Position numbers and translations under genes: made by a program | Assembly: GCA_026991555.1 (NCBI GenBank) | Contig: JALXBI010000044.1 | Location: 1,223-65,222 of the forward strand | DNA: 64,000 nt | Origin: Candidatus Aminicenantes bacterium | Lineage (GTDB): Bacteria; Acidobacteriota; Aminicenantia; S016-38 | Direction of reading: 5' to 3' | In this document: positions 28,646-37,911 of the stretch, one piece after another | Position numbering within the stretch: the stretch's first letter is position 1 | How the letters are laid out: each line of letters opens with the position of its first letter | Notes under the pieces: model-generated | Databases searched by the model: none | What the model saw: only the letters and a program-made list of their open reading frames with translations | Told to the model about the DNA's origin: nothing

Positions 28646-29016
28646 GGGTGGTAGCAGGAATAGTAAGGGATGGGGAAGGAAGGGTGCTGCTGGGAAGACG
28701 CTCAAAGGGAAACATAAAGGGTTTCTGGGAATTTCCAGGAGGGAAGGTAAGGGAGGGGGAAACGGACACCCAGGCCTTGGTCAGGGAGTTCATGGAGGAG
28801 TTTTCACTGAGAATAATTCCTGTGCGTTTTCTCGGGGAGGTGGAGCACCGATATCCGGACTTCAAGATTACCTTAGCAGGATATCTCTGCAGGGCAGAAG
28901 GGGAAATTAAGAAAATGGAAAGTCATTCACAGGTAGTATGGGTCCCCTGGAATGAGGTGAGGAAATTCCGCTTAGCTCCTGCAGACAGGAAACTCCTTGA
29001 AAAAATAGAATTTTGA
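28642..29016 (+). CDS. NUDIX hydrolase (MutT-like)
   Basis: Nudix box GGKVREGETDTQALVREFMEEFSL; 124 aa. Confidence 0.75.
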   Translation: MRVVAGIVRDGEGRVLLGRRSKGNIKGFWEFPGGKVREGETDTQALVREFMEEFSLRIIPVRFLGEVEHRYPDFKITLAGYLCRAEGEIKKMESHSQVVWVPWNEVRKFRLAPADRKLLEKIEF

Positions 29017-31166
29017 CCCCGCTCCTCCTCCCTGCCTTAACCCTTCTTGCAGGGAGCATTGCCGGTTTTCATCTCTGGGTGCACTATCCTGTTCCGCTAT
29101 TCTTAGCTGCGCTGGCTGCAGGGCTTTTCCTTCCCAAAAAATGGAGGAATTTCTTCCTTCTTGCAGGGCTTTTCATGCTGGGGGAAACCTTAGCTTCCCA
29201 AAGGAGAGGGGCGCTTCTCAGAGAGCCCTTTCCACCGGGGATTTATCAGGATTTTAAGGGAAGGCTCCTTAGAACCCCGGAATACTACAAGGGGAAAACC
29301 AGACTTCTAATAAAAACCCCTAAAGGAGAAATATCCGTAACGGTAAAGGGCATTATAGAAGGTATGGTGCCCGGAGATGTGATAGAGGGCTCTTCTTCCT
29401 TTTATTCCCGAGCCCATCCCTGCAATTTTGGGGTCAGAAATTACTATCATTTTTATTCAGGAATCTCTGCCTTTGGAGCAAGTAAGTCTAAGCTATTTTT
29501 CAGAAAAAGGGGCACATCCTTTCCCCTCTCCCTTTTAAAGCCCCTTTACCTCCTCAAGCAAAGGGCAGCCCTTAAAATTTCCCATCTTCCCCCCGGCTAT
29601 TCCGGGGTGGTCTCTGCCCTTCTCTTAGGCCAGAGATACCCCCTGACAGGAAGGCTTCCCTCTTCCCTGAGAAGGGCCGGGGTTTATCATCTTATGGCCA
29701 TATCCGGAACCCACATAGCCCTACTCACATACCTTTTATGGCTGGTTCTTTCCCTACTACTTCCCGGAAAAAGAACCCGGCTGATGTTCCTGGCCCTTTC
29801 CCTCCTGCTTTTTTACCTGTGGGTGGAGCCTTCCCCTTCAGTGAACAGGGCAACTTCCATGGCCCTTCTGGTAATAATTGGAAAGCTCCTCTGGAGGGAT
29901 ATTTCCTTCCTGAACATTATCTCCGCTTCCCTGATTCTATCCCTTTTTTCAAATCCCTTGGCCTTCCTATCCCCGGGTTTTCAGCTCACCTACTGGGTTT
30001 CCTTGGGGCTTATTCTCTTTGCCCCCATGTTCAAAAACCTCCCCTTTTTCTCTAAACTGTTTGCCTTCTCCTCGGTGGCCTTCCTCTTTTCCCTTCCCAT
30101 AACCCTTCACCACTTCCACAGAGCAAATCTTCTCTCCCCTCTGAATAACCTGATAGGTTTAGGGCTCATTCCTGGAATAATTTTCCTATCCACCTTGGCC
30201 CTGGCAGGGGCAAGTTTCCTATGGCCAGCGGTTTACTTTTTGGTGCATCTCCTATCCTCCTTGGACAAGCTGGATTTTTTAAACCTGAGCCTTCCCTCCC
30301 TCCCCTGGGGCGCTGTTTTTGCCGCCATGGCAATTCTCCTTTTAGCCAAGAAAAAACCCCTTCTCGCTCCCCTGGTCCTCCTCCTTCTCCTTTATCCTCA
30401 GTCCAAAAACCTGAAGCCTGAGGTGATTTTCCTGGATGTGGGCCAGGGGGACGCTGTTCTGGTTAAATGCCCGCCGGCAGTCTTTCTCTATGATACAGGT
30501 GGGGGAAGGGGAAGGGCGGACGTTGGGGAATTTATAACCTCCCGGGCCCTCTGGGCCCAGGGCATAAGGAAGCTAAACGCCCTTTTCATCTCCCATTTTC
30601 ACCCGGACCACGCCGGGGGAGCTGAAGCTATTTTAAGGAATTTTAAGGTGGAGGCTCTTTATTATTCCAAGAAGGCGGATTCTCCCCTTTTCAGGAGGAC
30701 AACATCCCTGGCAAAAAGGGCCATATCCCTTAAAAAGGGGGATTCACTTACCATAGGAAGCTGCAGAATAAAGGTGCTGGGGCCAGGAAAACTGGAACCA
30801 GGCCCCCCAAGGAATTCCGATTCCTTGGTGCTTCTTGTGGAGAGCCCGGACTTTTCCCTTCTTCTTACCGGAGACATGGAAAGGGAGCAGGAAATGGAGG
30901 CCCTCCCATACCTTAAGCCCATAACCGTTCTAAAAGTTGCCCATCACGGAAGCAATACAAGTTCCTCCTTAGAATTTCTCCGGAAAACAAGGCCCCGCTA
31001 CTCGGTAATTTCCGCCGGTCCCAATAATCCTTATGGCTTTCCCTCCCCCCGGGCCATGGAAAGACTGAGGAGATTTTCAGGGATGGTTCTTTTAACTTCC
31101 CGGTGCGGGGCGGTAAAAATAGGGAGGAGAGGAACGCAGACTTGTCTGCCGTGTCCTCGCTGGTAA
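29013..31166 (+). CDS. comEC: DNA internalization competence protein ComEC/Rec2
   Basis: Polytopic membrane core plus a C-terminal metallo-beta-lactamase domain (FLDVGQGDA ... SHFHPDHAGG ... VAHHGS). Confidence 0.8.
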   Translation: MTPLLLPALTLLAGSIAGFHLWVHYPVPLFLAALAAGLFLPKKWRNFFLLAGLFMLGETLASQRRGALLREPFPPGIYQDFKGRLLRTPEYYKGKTRLLIKTPKGEISVTVKGIIEGMVPGDVIEGSSSFYSRAHPCNFGVRNYYHFYSGISAFGASKSKLFFRKRGTSFPLSLLKPLYLLKQRAALKISHLPPGYSGVVSALLLGQRYPLTGRLPSSLRRAGVYHLMAISGTHIALLTYLLWLVLSLLLPGKRTRLMFLALSLLLFYLWVEPSPSVNRATSMALLVIIGKLLWRDISFLNIISASLILSLFSNPLAFLSPGFQLTYWVSLGLILFAPMFKNLPFFSKLFAFSSVAFLFSLPITLHHFHRANLLSPLNNLIGLGLIPGIIFLSTLALAGASFLWPAVYFLVHLLSSLDKLDFLNLSLPSLPWGAVFAAMAILLLAKKKPLLAPLVLLLLLYPQSKNLKPEVIFLDVGQGDAVLVKCPPAVFLYDTGGGRGRADVGEFITSRALWAQGIRKLNALFISHFHPDHAGGAEAILRNFKVEALYYSKKADSPLFRRTTSLAKRAISLKKGDSLTIGSCRIKVLGPGKLEPGPPRNSDSLVLLVESPDFSLLLTGDMEREQEMEALPYLKPITVLKVAHHGSNTSSSLEFLRKTRPRYSVISAGPNNPYGFPSPRAMERLRRFSGMVLLTSRCGAVKIGRRGTQTCLPCPRW

Positions 31167-31175
31167 AATATCCCC

Positions 31176-33491
31176 ATGGAAGAAAGATTTTATTTAGGCA
31201 AAAAATTAGAGCAGGGAAAATTAGGGGAAAAACTCCTTTACAAACCCTCCCATCTCACTACTCACGCGGTGGTTTTCGGTATGACGGGGAGCGGAAAAAC
31301 CGGACTTTGCATTGATCTTCTGGAGGAGGCTGCCCTGAAGGGAGTCCCTGTAATAGCCGTGGACCCCAAGGGGGATGTTTCCAACTTAGCCCTGGTTTTT
31401 GATGAGCTCTCCCCGGAGAATTTCCTCCCCTGGGTTTCCCAGGAGGAAGCTTCCCTTAAGGGAATGAGTAAGGAGGAGTTCGCCCGGGAAATGGCCAGGA
31501 AGTGGAAGGAGGGCCTGAAAGAATGGGGTATAGATGAAGGAAGATTGAAGGCCTTCAGGGAAAAGGTGGATGTGAGGATATACACCCCGGGCTCTACGGC
31601 CTCCACCCCTGTAAACATAATCACAGGATTTGAAACTCCCCCGGAGGATTTCAATTCTGACCCTGAACTCTACCTGGAGAAAATAAAAAACTCCGTCTCA
31701 GCCCTTCTGTCGGTGCTGGGGGAGGAGACGGACCCGGTAAAAAATCCTGCCCACATTCTCATCTCCAGCATAATTGAACACTTCTGGAGAAAAGGACAAG
31801 GAATCTCCCTTGAAAGCCTCATTCTGGCTGTCCAGCAACCCCCCATTAAAAAATTGGGGGTTTTTGACATTGATACCATATTTCCTCCGGAAAAGAGGCT
31901 TTCCTTGGCCCTTTCCCTCAACAACCTTGTGGCCTCGCCCAACTTCAGGCTCTGGAGGGAAGGGATTCCCCTTCAGGCCTCTGCCCTTTACAAAAAGGAT
32001 GGGAAAACCCCGGTGAACATTTTTTATATATCCCACCTTTCCGAAAGGGAGAGAATGTTCTTCGTAAGCCTTCTTTTCAACGAGGTGCTCGCCTTTGTGA
32101 GAACTCTTCCGGGCTCCAGCCAGTTGAAATACCTGCTTTACATGGATGAAATTTATGGGTATTTCCCCCCTTATCCTTATAACCCCCCATCGAAAAATCC
32201 CCTGATGCTCCTCCTCAAGCAGGCAAGGGCCTTTGGCCTGGGAGTTGTTCTTGTAACCCAGAACCCCAAGGACATAGATTACAAGGGGCTTACCAATATG
32301 GGAACATGGTTCATAGGGAGACTGCAGGCAGAGGGGGATAGGGAAAGGGTCCTGGAGGGACTTGAGGGGGCCACAACCTCCCAGGGTCTGGAAATTGATA
32401 GTAAAATTCTCAGGGATATCGTTACTGGACTTCGCTCCAGAGTTTTTCTTCTCCACGATGCCCGGGAGGGGAAACCCCTGGTCTTCAAAACCCGGTGGGC
32501 CATGTCATATCTTAAGGGTCCTCTGACCAGGACCCAGATAAAGAAACTTGCAGGAAAGCCCAGAGGGACGAAAAAGCCGTTTCCTGAGGCTAAAATTCAG
32601 GAAAGTCAGCTCCTTTCTTACCCTCCGGCCCCTCCAGCTGGAATGGAAGCCCTTTACGAATTAACTGACTCGGAAAATCCTGTTTATTATCCGTGGTTTA
32701 TGGCCGAGGCTGAGGTCCTTTTTGACGAGCCAAAACTGGGATTTTACCACCGGAAAAAATTCCAACTTTTATCGGATTTCCAGGGAGCCAATATAGAGGA
32801 AGCCAGAGAGGAGACCTCACCCCAGCCCCCATCAGGGGCCAAATTCACCCCCTTTCCCAGCCAGATAACCCTTAAACTCCTCAATAAAATAAAGAAAAGT
32901 ATGAAGGAATATCTGCTTTCCAAGGAGAAAATAACCCTTTTCCGAAATCCATCCCTCAAGTTAATATCATCCCCGGAAGAAACTAAGGAGGATTTCCTGC
33001 TGAGATGCCAGGAGGCAGCCCAGGGAAGGGCCAGGAGGGAAATTGAGAGGGTGAAGGGGAAGTTCATGAGAAAACTTGAAGCCCTGGAGAGAAAACTCCG
33101 CAGAGCTAAGAACCAGCTGGAGACCTTAGAGGCAAGATATAAGGGGAGGGCGGCGGAAGAAGCTTTATCGGTGGGGGAAATACTTCTGGGCTTAGCCCTG
33201 GGAAGGAAACCCACCACGGTGCTTACCAGAACAGCCAGAAGGAGGAGAATGACCGCGGAAACCAAACACCGCATGGAGGATGCCCAGGGGAAAATAGAAG
33301 AAATAAAGGAGGAGATGGAGGAGTTAAGAACTCAAATGGAAGCCCAGGAGGAAAACATCCGGGAAAAATACAGGGCCATGGCAGCGGACATACATCCCTA
33401 TTCCATAGGGCTTGAAAAAAACGATATTATTCTTTCCTCCCTTTCCCTTCTCTGGAGGGAAAGCCCTTGGCAAAATCGCAGTGTTCCCTGA
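31176..33491 (+). CDS. YjgR/DUF853-family HerA/FtsK-like P-loop NTPase with a roughly 280-aa C-terminal coiled-coil extension
   Basis: Walker A GMTGSGKTG near the N-terminus, Walker B LLYMDEIYGYF and VLVTQNPKDID/RLQ motifs, laid out as in E. coli YjgR. No N-terminal HAS barrel or TM segment. The C-terminal third is charged and heptad-like. Confidence 0.6.
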   Translation: MEERFYLGKKLEQGKLGEKLLYKPSHLTTHAVVFGMTGSGKTGLCIDLLEEAALKGVPVIAVDPKGDVSNLALVFDELSPENFLPWVSQEEASLKGMSKEEFAREMARKWKEGLKEWGIDEGRLKAFREKVDVRIYTPGSTASTPVNIITGFETPPEDFNSDPELYLEKIKNSVSALLSVLGEETDPVKNPAHILISSIIEHFWRKGQGISLESLILAVQQPPIKKLGVFDIDTIFPPEKRLSLALSLNNLVASPNFRLWREGIPLQASALYKKDGKTPVNIFYISHLSERERMFFVSLLFNEVLAFVRTLPGSSQLKYLLYMDEIYGYFPPYPYNPPSKNPLMLLLKQARAFGLGVVLVTQNPKDIDYKGLTNMGTWFIGRLQAEGDRERVLEGLEGATTSQGLEIDSKILRDIVTGLRSRVFLLHDAREGKPLVFKTRWAMSYLKGPLTRTQIKKLAGKPRGTKKPFPEAKIQESQLLSYPPAPPAGMEALYELTDSENPVYYPWFMAEAEVLFDEPKLGFYHRKKFQLLSDFQGANIEEAREETSPQPPSGAKFTPFPSQITLKLLNKIKKSMKEYLLSKEKITLFRNPSLKLISSPEETKEDFLLRCQEAAQGRARREIERVKGKFMRKLEALERKLRRAKNQLETLEARYKGRAAEEALSVGEILLGLALGRKPTTVLTRTARRRRMTAETKHRMEDAQGKIEEIKEEMEELRTQMEAQEENIREKYRAMAADIHPYSIGLEKNDIILSSLSLLWRESPWQNRSVP

Positions 33492-34098
33492 TGGGACAGG
33501 CGGAGCAATTTGGCGTAGGGCGGCAAAAAGACCTTCCCAGCTCAATTAAAAGAAGATGGAGTTCCTTTTTCAGGCGGTCCGGGACCAGGGAATTGAGTTT
33601 CTCCTGAACCTCCTTTCTGGTTCTCCCCTTAGCCAAGGGAATCCTGTTGGAGACCCTGAAAATATGAGTATCCACCGGGAAGTAGGGTTCCCCGAAGGAA
33701 AAAAGGCTTACCACTGCAGCGGTCTTGGGCCCCACGCCTTTGAGGGAAAGGAGAAATTCATAAAGTTCCTCCCCCTTTAAGGGAATCCTCAACCCTCCGA
33801 ACCTCTCCTTGAGGATATTAAGAACTTCCTTTATTCTTCTGGCCTTCTGGCGATAGAGCCCTGCTGGTTTTATAGCGCTTTCTATTTCCTCTAAGGGAGC
33901 CTCTGCCACCTCCTCCATGGAGGAAAATTTCCCCTTCAACCTTTTCCAGGCCAGATCTCTGTTTCTATCAGAGGTGTTCTGGGAAAGAATGGTAAGAACA
34001 AGCTCCTCCACCGGAGGGAGATTCCGGGGCTCAGGAAGGGGAAGGTTTGCCTTGAGAATCTTATAAATTCTTTCTATTTTCCCTTTCACCGGGCTCAA
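33427..34098 (-). CDS. nth: Endonuclease III (HhH-GPD DNA glycosylase with [4Fe-4S])
   Basis: HhH motif LKGVGPKTAAVV, a catalytic Asp region, and a C-terminal CX5CX2CX5C cluster (CRPTPNCSACPIREHC). Confidence 0.8.
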   Translation of the reverse strand: MSPVKGKIERIYKILKANLPLPEPRNLPPVEELVLTILSQNTSDRNRDLAWKRLKGKFSSMEEVAEAPLEEIESAIKPAGLYRQKARRIKEVLNILKERFGGLRIPLKGEELYEFLLSLKGVGPKTAAVVSLFSFGEPYFPVDTHIFRVSNRIPLAKGRTRKEVQEKLNSLVPDRLKKELHLLLIELGRSFCRPTPNCSACPIREHCDFAKGFPSREGKGRKE

Positions 34099-34160
34099 TT
34101 ATAATTTAAAACAGAGGCGAAGAAAATACGTATAAAAAAATAAAAACAAAGGAGGATAAC

Positions 34161-34862
34161 ATGAGGAAAATCGCTGCCTTTATTCTGGGACTCTCCCTTG
34201 TCCTGGCCATAGGGCTACAGGATGTGCTCAACAAAAACTATCAGGCTAAGGGAGGCCTGGAAAAATTAAAAAGCCTTAAAACCATTTACGCAGAGGGAAA
34301 AGTAATGGCCCAGGGGATGGAAATGCCTTTTAAGGTATGGGTAAAATTCCCTGAAAAAATCAAAATGGAAACTACAGTTCAGGGCCAGACTATGGTTCAG
34401 GCCTACGACGGCAAAACCGCCTGGTGGATAATGCCCATGATAAGTCCAAAGCCCCAGATTATGCCCCCAACACAGGCAAAGCAGTTCAAGGAGCAGAACC
34501 AATTCCGGGACCCCTTGGTTTTCTATAAAGAGTTAGGTTATAAACTGGAATACTTAGGTGAGGGGGAGGTTGAGGGAACCCCCGTTTATAAAATAAAGAT
34601 AACCAAGCCCAACGGTGATGTTTTAATCTATTACTTAGACAAGGACAGCGGCCTGGAAATAAAGGCGGAATTCTTCGGCAAAATACAGGGAAGGGAGGTT
34701 CATGGTTCCACCTACTTCGGGGAATACAAAAAGGTGGACGGCTTGCTGTTTCCCTTTTACATTGAAAGCCGAAGCGATGGTAAAGTGGTAAGTCAGGTAA
34801 GCATAAGCAAAATCGTAATAAACAAGCCCATAGATGATTCTATATTCCAGATGCCTAAGTAG
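34161..34862 (+). CDS. Secreted LolA-like / outer-membrane lipoprotein-sorting-fold protein
   Basis: Signal peptide; size (233 aa) and beta-rich pattern resemble the LolA/LppX/DUF4292 half-barrel. The call is weak. Confidence 0.35.
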   Translation: MRKIAAFILGLSLVLAIGLQDVLNKNYQAKGGLEKLKSLKTIYAEGKVMAQGMEMPFKVWVKFPEKIKMETTVQGQTMVQAYDGKTAWWIMPMISPKPQIMPPTQAKQFKEQNQFRDPLVFYKELGYKLEYLGEGEVEGTPVYKIKITKPNGDVLIYYLDKDSGLEIKAEFFGKIQGREVHGSTYFGEYKKVDGLLFPFYIESRSDGKVVSQVSISKIVINKPIDDSIFQMPK

Positions 34863-37800
34863 GGGGAAAAGGATGAGGAAAACCTTAGGAGTTTTTCTCC
34901 TGGCCCTCCTGCTTTCTGCAGGGCAAAAATTGATTATGACAGGTCTCAGACCCAGGAGCATTGGCCCTGCAGTAATGGGAGGAAGAATAACAGCCATCGC
35001 TTCCCCTTCCTCGGCTCCTAAAACCATATATGTGGGAACTGCCGGTGGAGGGGTATGGAAGAGTATAGACGGGGGAATAACCTTCAGGCCCATTTTTGAC
35101 CAATACTCCCAATCCATCGGCTCCCTCGCCCTGGATCCTTCTCATCCCGAAACCATCTGGGTAGGAACAGGAGAGTGCAATACCAGGAACAGCGTTTCTG
35201 TGGGAACCGGCCTATACAGAAGCCGGGACGGCGGAAATACCTGGGAGTTTATGGGCTTTAAGGACAGCGAAAGGATTGCCAAGATAATCGTTCATCCCCG
35301 GGATCCCAAAACCGTTTATGTTTGCGTCTTGGGCCATCTCTGGAACGACAGCAAGGAGAGGGGGGTTTATAAGACCACCGACGGGGGAAAGACCTGGAAG
35401 AAGATTCTGTATGTAAACGAGAGGACAGGATGTGCGGATATGGAAATGGACCCCCAGGAACCGGATATAATCTATGCCTCCATGTGGGAGTTCCGCAGGC
35501 TTCCCTGGTTCTTTACTTCAGGAGGGCCGGGAAGCGGTCTTTACAGAACCAAGGATGGGGGAAAAACCTGGAAGAAAATCCACAATGGTTTTCCAAAACC
35601 TCCCTACGGGAGAATAGCCATCGCCTTAGCCCCTTCAAGGCCCCAGACCCTTTATGCCACTGTAGAAGCAAAGGAAAACGGAGGACTCTACAGAAGCGAT
35701 GATATGGGGGAGCACTGGGAAAAGGTTAACGATTCCATTTTCGTCAAAATGAGACCCTTTTACTTCTCCAATTTGGTGGTCTCCCCCAAGGACCACAGGA
35801 CCCTCTATGTAGCCGGCCTGGTTCTCTCCAAAAGCAGCGACGGTGGGAAATCCTTTGACTTCGTTTACGGCTCAGTCCATTCCGACATTCACCCCATATG
35901 GATAGACCCCAAGGACCCCCAGAGGATAATTATAGGCTCAGATGGAGGAGTCTACATCTCCTATAACGGTGGGGGAACCTTCCGTTTCGCCAATAACCTT
36001 CCGGTTTCCCAGTTCTACCATGTATGGTATGACATGGCACATCCCTACAATGTCTACGGAGGCCTTCAGGACAACGGTGCCTGGTATGGGCCCTCCAGAA
36101 AATACGGCGGGGCTTTAACAAACAGGGATTGGGTCAATGTGGGCGTAGGCGACGGATTTTATGTCTTTCCTCATCCCAAGGACCCGGACATAATTTACTA
36201 CTCCTGGCAGGAAGGAAGACTGGTAAGATATAATCGCAGAAGCAAGGAAGCCAAGGATATAAGGCCCATGCCCTCGGATCCTTCTGAGCCCAAATACCGC
36301 TTCAACTGGAACGCCGCTGTTGCCCTCTCCCATCATGATCCGGATACCATTTACATAGGGGCTCAGTTCCTCTTCCGCTCTAAGGACCGGGGGGATACCT
36401 GGGAAAAAATTTCCCCTGACCTTACCACCAATGACCCTAAGAAACTTCGTCAGGAAGAATCTGGAGGAATAACCAAGGATGTAACCGGAGCGGAGAACCA
36501 CTGCACCATAGTGGCCATATCAGAAAGCCCCCTGGATCCCAATATAATCTGGGTTGGAACCGACGACGGAAACCTTCAGCTCACTAAGGACGGGGGAAAA
36601 CACTGGGTTAATTTAGTGAAGAACATCCCTGACCTCCCTCCCCATACCTGGGTTTCCTCTCTGGAGGCAAGCCATTTCAACCCGGCAGTGGCCTATGTAA
36701 CCTTTGATGGGCACAGAACCGGGGACATGAAACCCTACATTTACAAAACCACAGATTTCGGAAAGACCTGGGAAAAACTCTCCCCCCAGCAGGTTGAAGG
36801 ATACTGCCATGTAATAAGGGAAGATCTGGAAAACCCAAATCTTTTGTTCTTAGGCACTGAATTCGGACTTTTCGTCTCCATTGATGGGGGAAAGAACTGG
36901 AGCAGGGTAAGGGAAATGCCCAGGGTGGCGGTAAGGGATATAGCCATACACCCAAGGGAAAAGGACCTTATCTTAGCCACCCACGGAAGGGGAATAATGA
37001 TAATTGACGACATAACCCCCCTGAGGGCCCTTACCCCTGAGCTCATGGAAAAGGAAGCGGCGGTTCTTCCTTCCAGGCCAGCCATTCAGAGAATCACAGC
37101 CTGGGAGCAGGATTTTCCTGGAGATGCCCAGTTTTACGGGGAGAACTTCACCGACGGCCTCTATGTAAGCTATTACCTGAAGAAAAGGCTGATTTTCGGT
37201 AGCCTAAAAATAGAAATCCTTGATAGCAAGGGAAATGTGGTAAAAACCCTCCCTGCCACCAAGAGTAAAGGACTGAACAGAATCTACTGGAACATGAGGG
37301 AAAAGCCGCCCAAGGCTCCCAAGGGAGCAGGGCTCATGATTTTCGCCCCCTTCGGTCCAATGATTGACGAGGGAACTTATACTGTAAGGCTGGTAAAGGG
37401 AGATAAGGTTTTTGAGGGAAAGATCCAGGTCCTCCCTGACCCCATAGCCAATCACCCCTTAAAGGAGAGAAAGGCAAGAAAGGTGCTTCTTAAGAAACTC
37501 TACTCCATGCTCAATGACCTTTCCTCCTTTGCTGATAGGGTGAAAAACCTAAAGGAAAGGGCTGAGAAACTATCCAAGAAGACCAAGGGAAAGCTGAGAA
37601 GAAGGCTGGAAAGGCTTTCCAAAAAGCTCTGGGAACTTCACGGCCAGCTCATAAGCCACGATGGAATAATGGCAGGGGAAAGGCTTTACGAGAAGCTCAT
37701 GGGCCTTTACAGCTCCGTAATTTCCTACGGTGGAAAGCCCTCAAGGGCTCAGGAAAAATATGCTGATGTTCTTGAAGCGAGGATAAAGGAGAAAAAATCC

Positions 37801-37881
37801 AGAGTAAACAAGATTCTCAAGGACCTTCCGTCAATAAACAAGGCCCTGAAGAAAAAGGGACTACCCATACTGAAGTTTTAA
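34834..37881 (+). CDS. Secreted BNR/Asp-box repeat beta-propeller protein (sortilin/VPS10-like or GH74-like), 1015 aa
   Basis: Signal peptide and at least ten S/TxDxGxTW repeats (SRDGGNTWE, TTDGGKTWKK, TKDGGKHWVN, SIDGGKNWSR and others). The C-terminal 250 aa is a K/E-rich coiled coil. Confidence 0.65.
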   Translation: MILYSRCLSRGKRMRKTLGVFLLALLLSAGQKLIMTGLRPRSIGPAVMGGRITAIASPSSAPKTIYVGTAGGGVWKSIDGGITFRPIFDQYSQSIGSLALDPSHPETIWVGTGECNTRNSVSVGTGLYRSRDGGNTWEFMGFKDSERIAKIIVHPRDPKTVYVCVLGHLWNDSKERGVYKTTDGGKTWKKILYVNERTGCADMEMDPQEPDIIYASMWEFRRLPWFFTSGGPGSGLYRTKDGGKTWKKIHNGFPKPPYGRIAIALAPSRPQTLYATVEAKENGGLYRSDDMGEHWEKVNDSIFVKMRPFYFSNLVVSPKDHRTLYVAGLVLSKSSDGGKSFDFVYGSVHSDIHPIWIDPKDPQRIIIGSDGGVYISYNGGGTFRFANNLPVSQFYHVWYDMAHPYNVYGGLQDNGAWYGPSRKYGGALTNRDWVNVGVGDGFYVFPHPKDPDIIYYSWQEGRLVRYNRRSKEAKDIRPMPSDPSEPKYRFNWNAAVALSHHDPDTIYIGAQFLFRSKDRGDTWEKISPDLTTNDPKKLRQEESGGITKDVTGAENHCTIVAISESPLDPNIIWVGTDDGNLQLTKDGGKHWVNLVKNIPDLPPHTWVSSLEASHFNPAVAYVTFDGHRTGDMKPYIYKTTDFGKTWEKLSPQQVEGYCHVIREDLENPNLLFLGTEFGLFVSIDGGKNWSRVREMPRVAVRDIAIHPREKDLILATHGRGIMIIDDITPLRALTPELMEKEAAVLPSRPAIQRITAWEQDFPGDAQFYGENFTDGLYVSYYLKKRLIFGSLKIEILDSKGNVVKTLPATKSKGLNRIYWNMREKPPKAPKGAGLMIFAPFGPMIDEGTYTVRLVKGDKVFEGKIQVLPDPIANHPLKERKARKVLLKKLYSMLNDLSSFADRVKNLKERAEKLSKKTKGKLRRRLERLSKKLWELHGQLISHDGIMAGERLYEKLMGLYSSVISYGGKPSRAQEKYADVLEARIKEKKSRVNKILKDLPSINKALKKKGLPILKF

Positions 37882-37886
37882 AAAAG

Positions 37887-37909
37887 GGGGGAGGGCTCTC
37901 CTCCCCCTG
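37887..37909. terminator. GC-rich hairpin flanked by A6 / T-run; bidirectional rho-independent terminator, best fit for the minus-strand gene
   Basis: AAAAAA-GGGGGAGG-gctct-CCTCCCCC sits between convergent stops at 37881 and 37912. On the minus strand the 8-bp stem is followed by UUUUUU. Confidence 0.6.
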
Positions 37910-37911
37910 TC

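Noticed and set aside
31176-33491. HerA-like ATPase as an anti-phage defence module
   Set aside because: No adjacent nuclease, SIR2, DUF4297 or NurA partner. The motifs match the housekeeping-distributed YjgR/DUF853 family, and the neighbours are comEC and nth.
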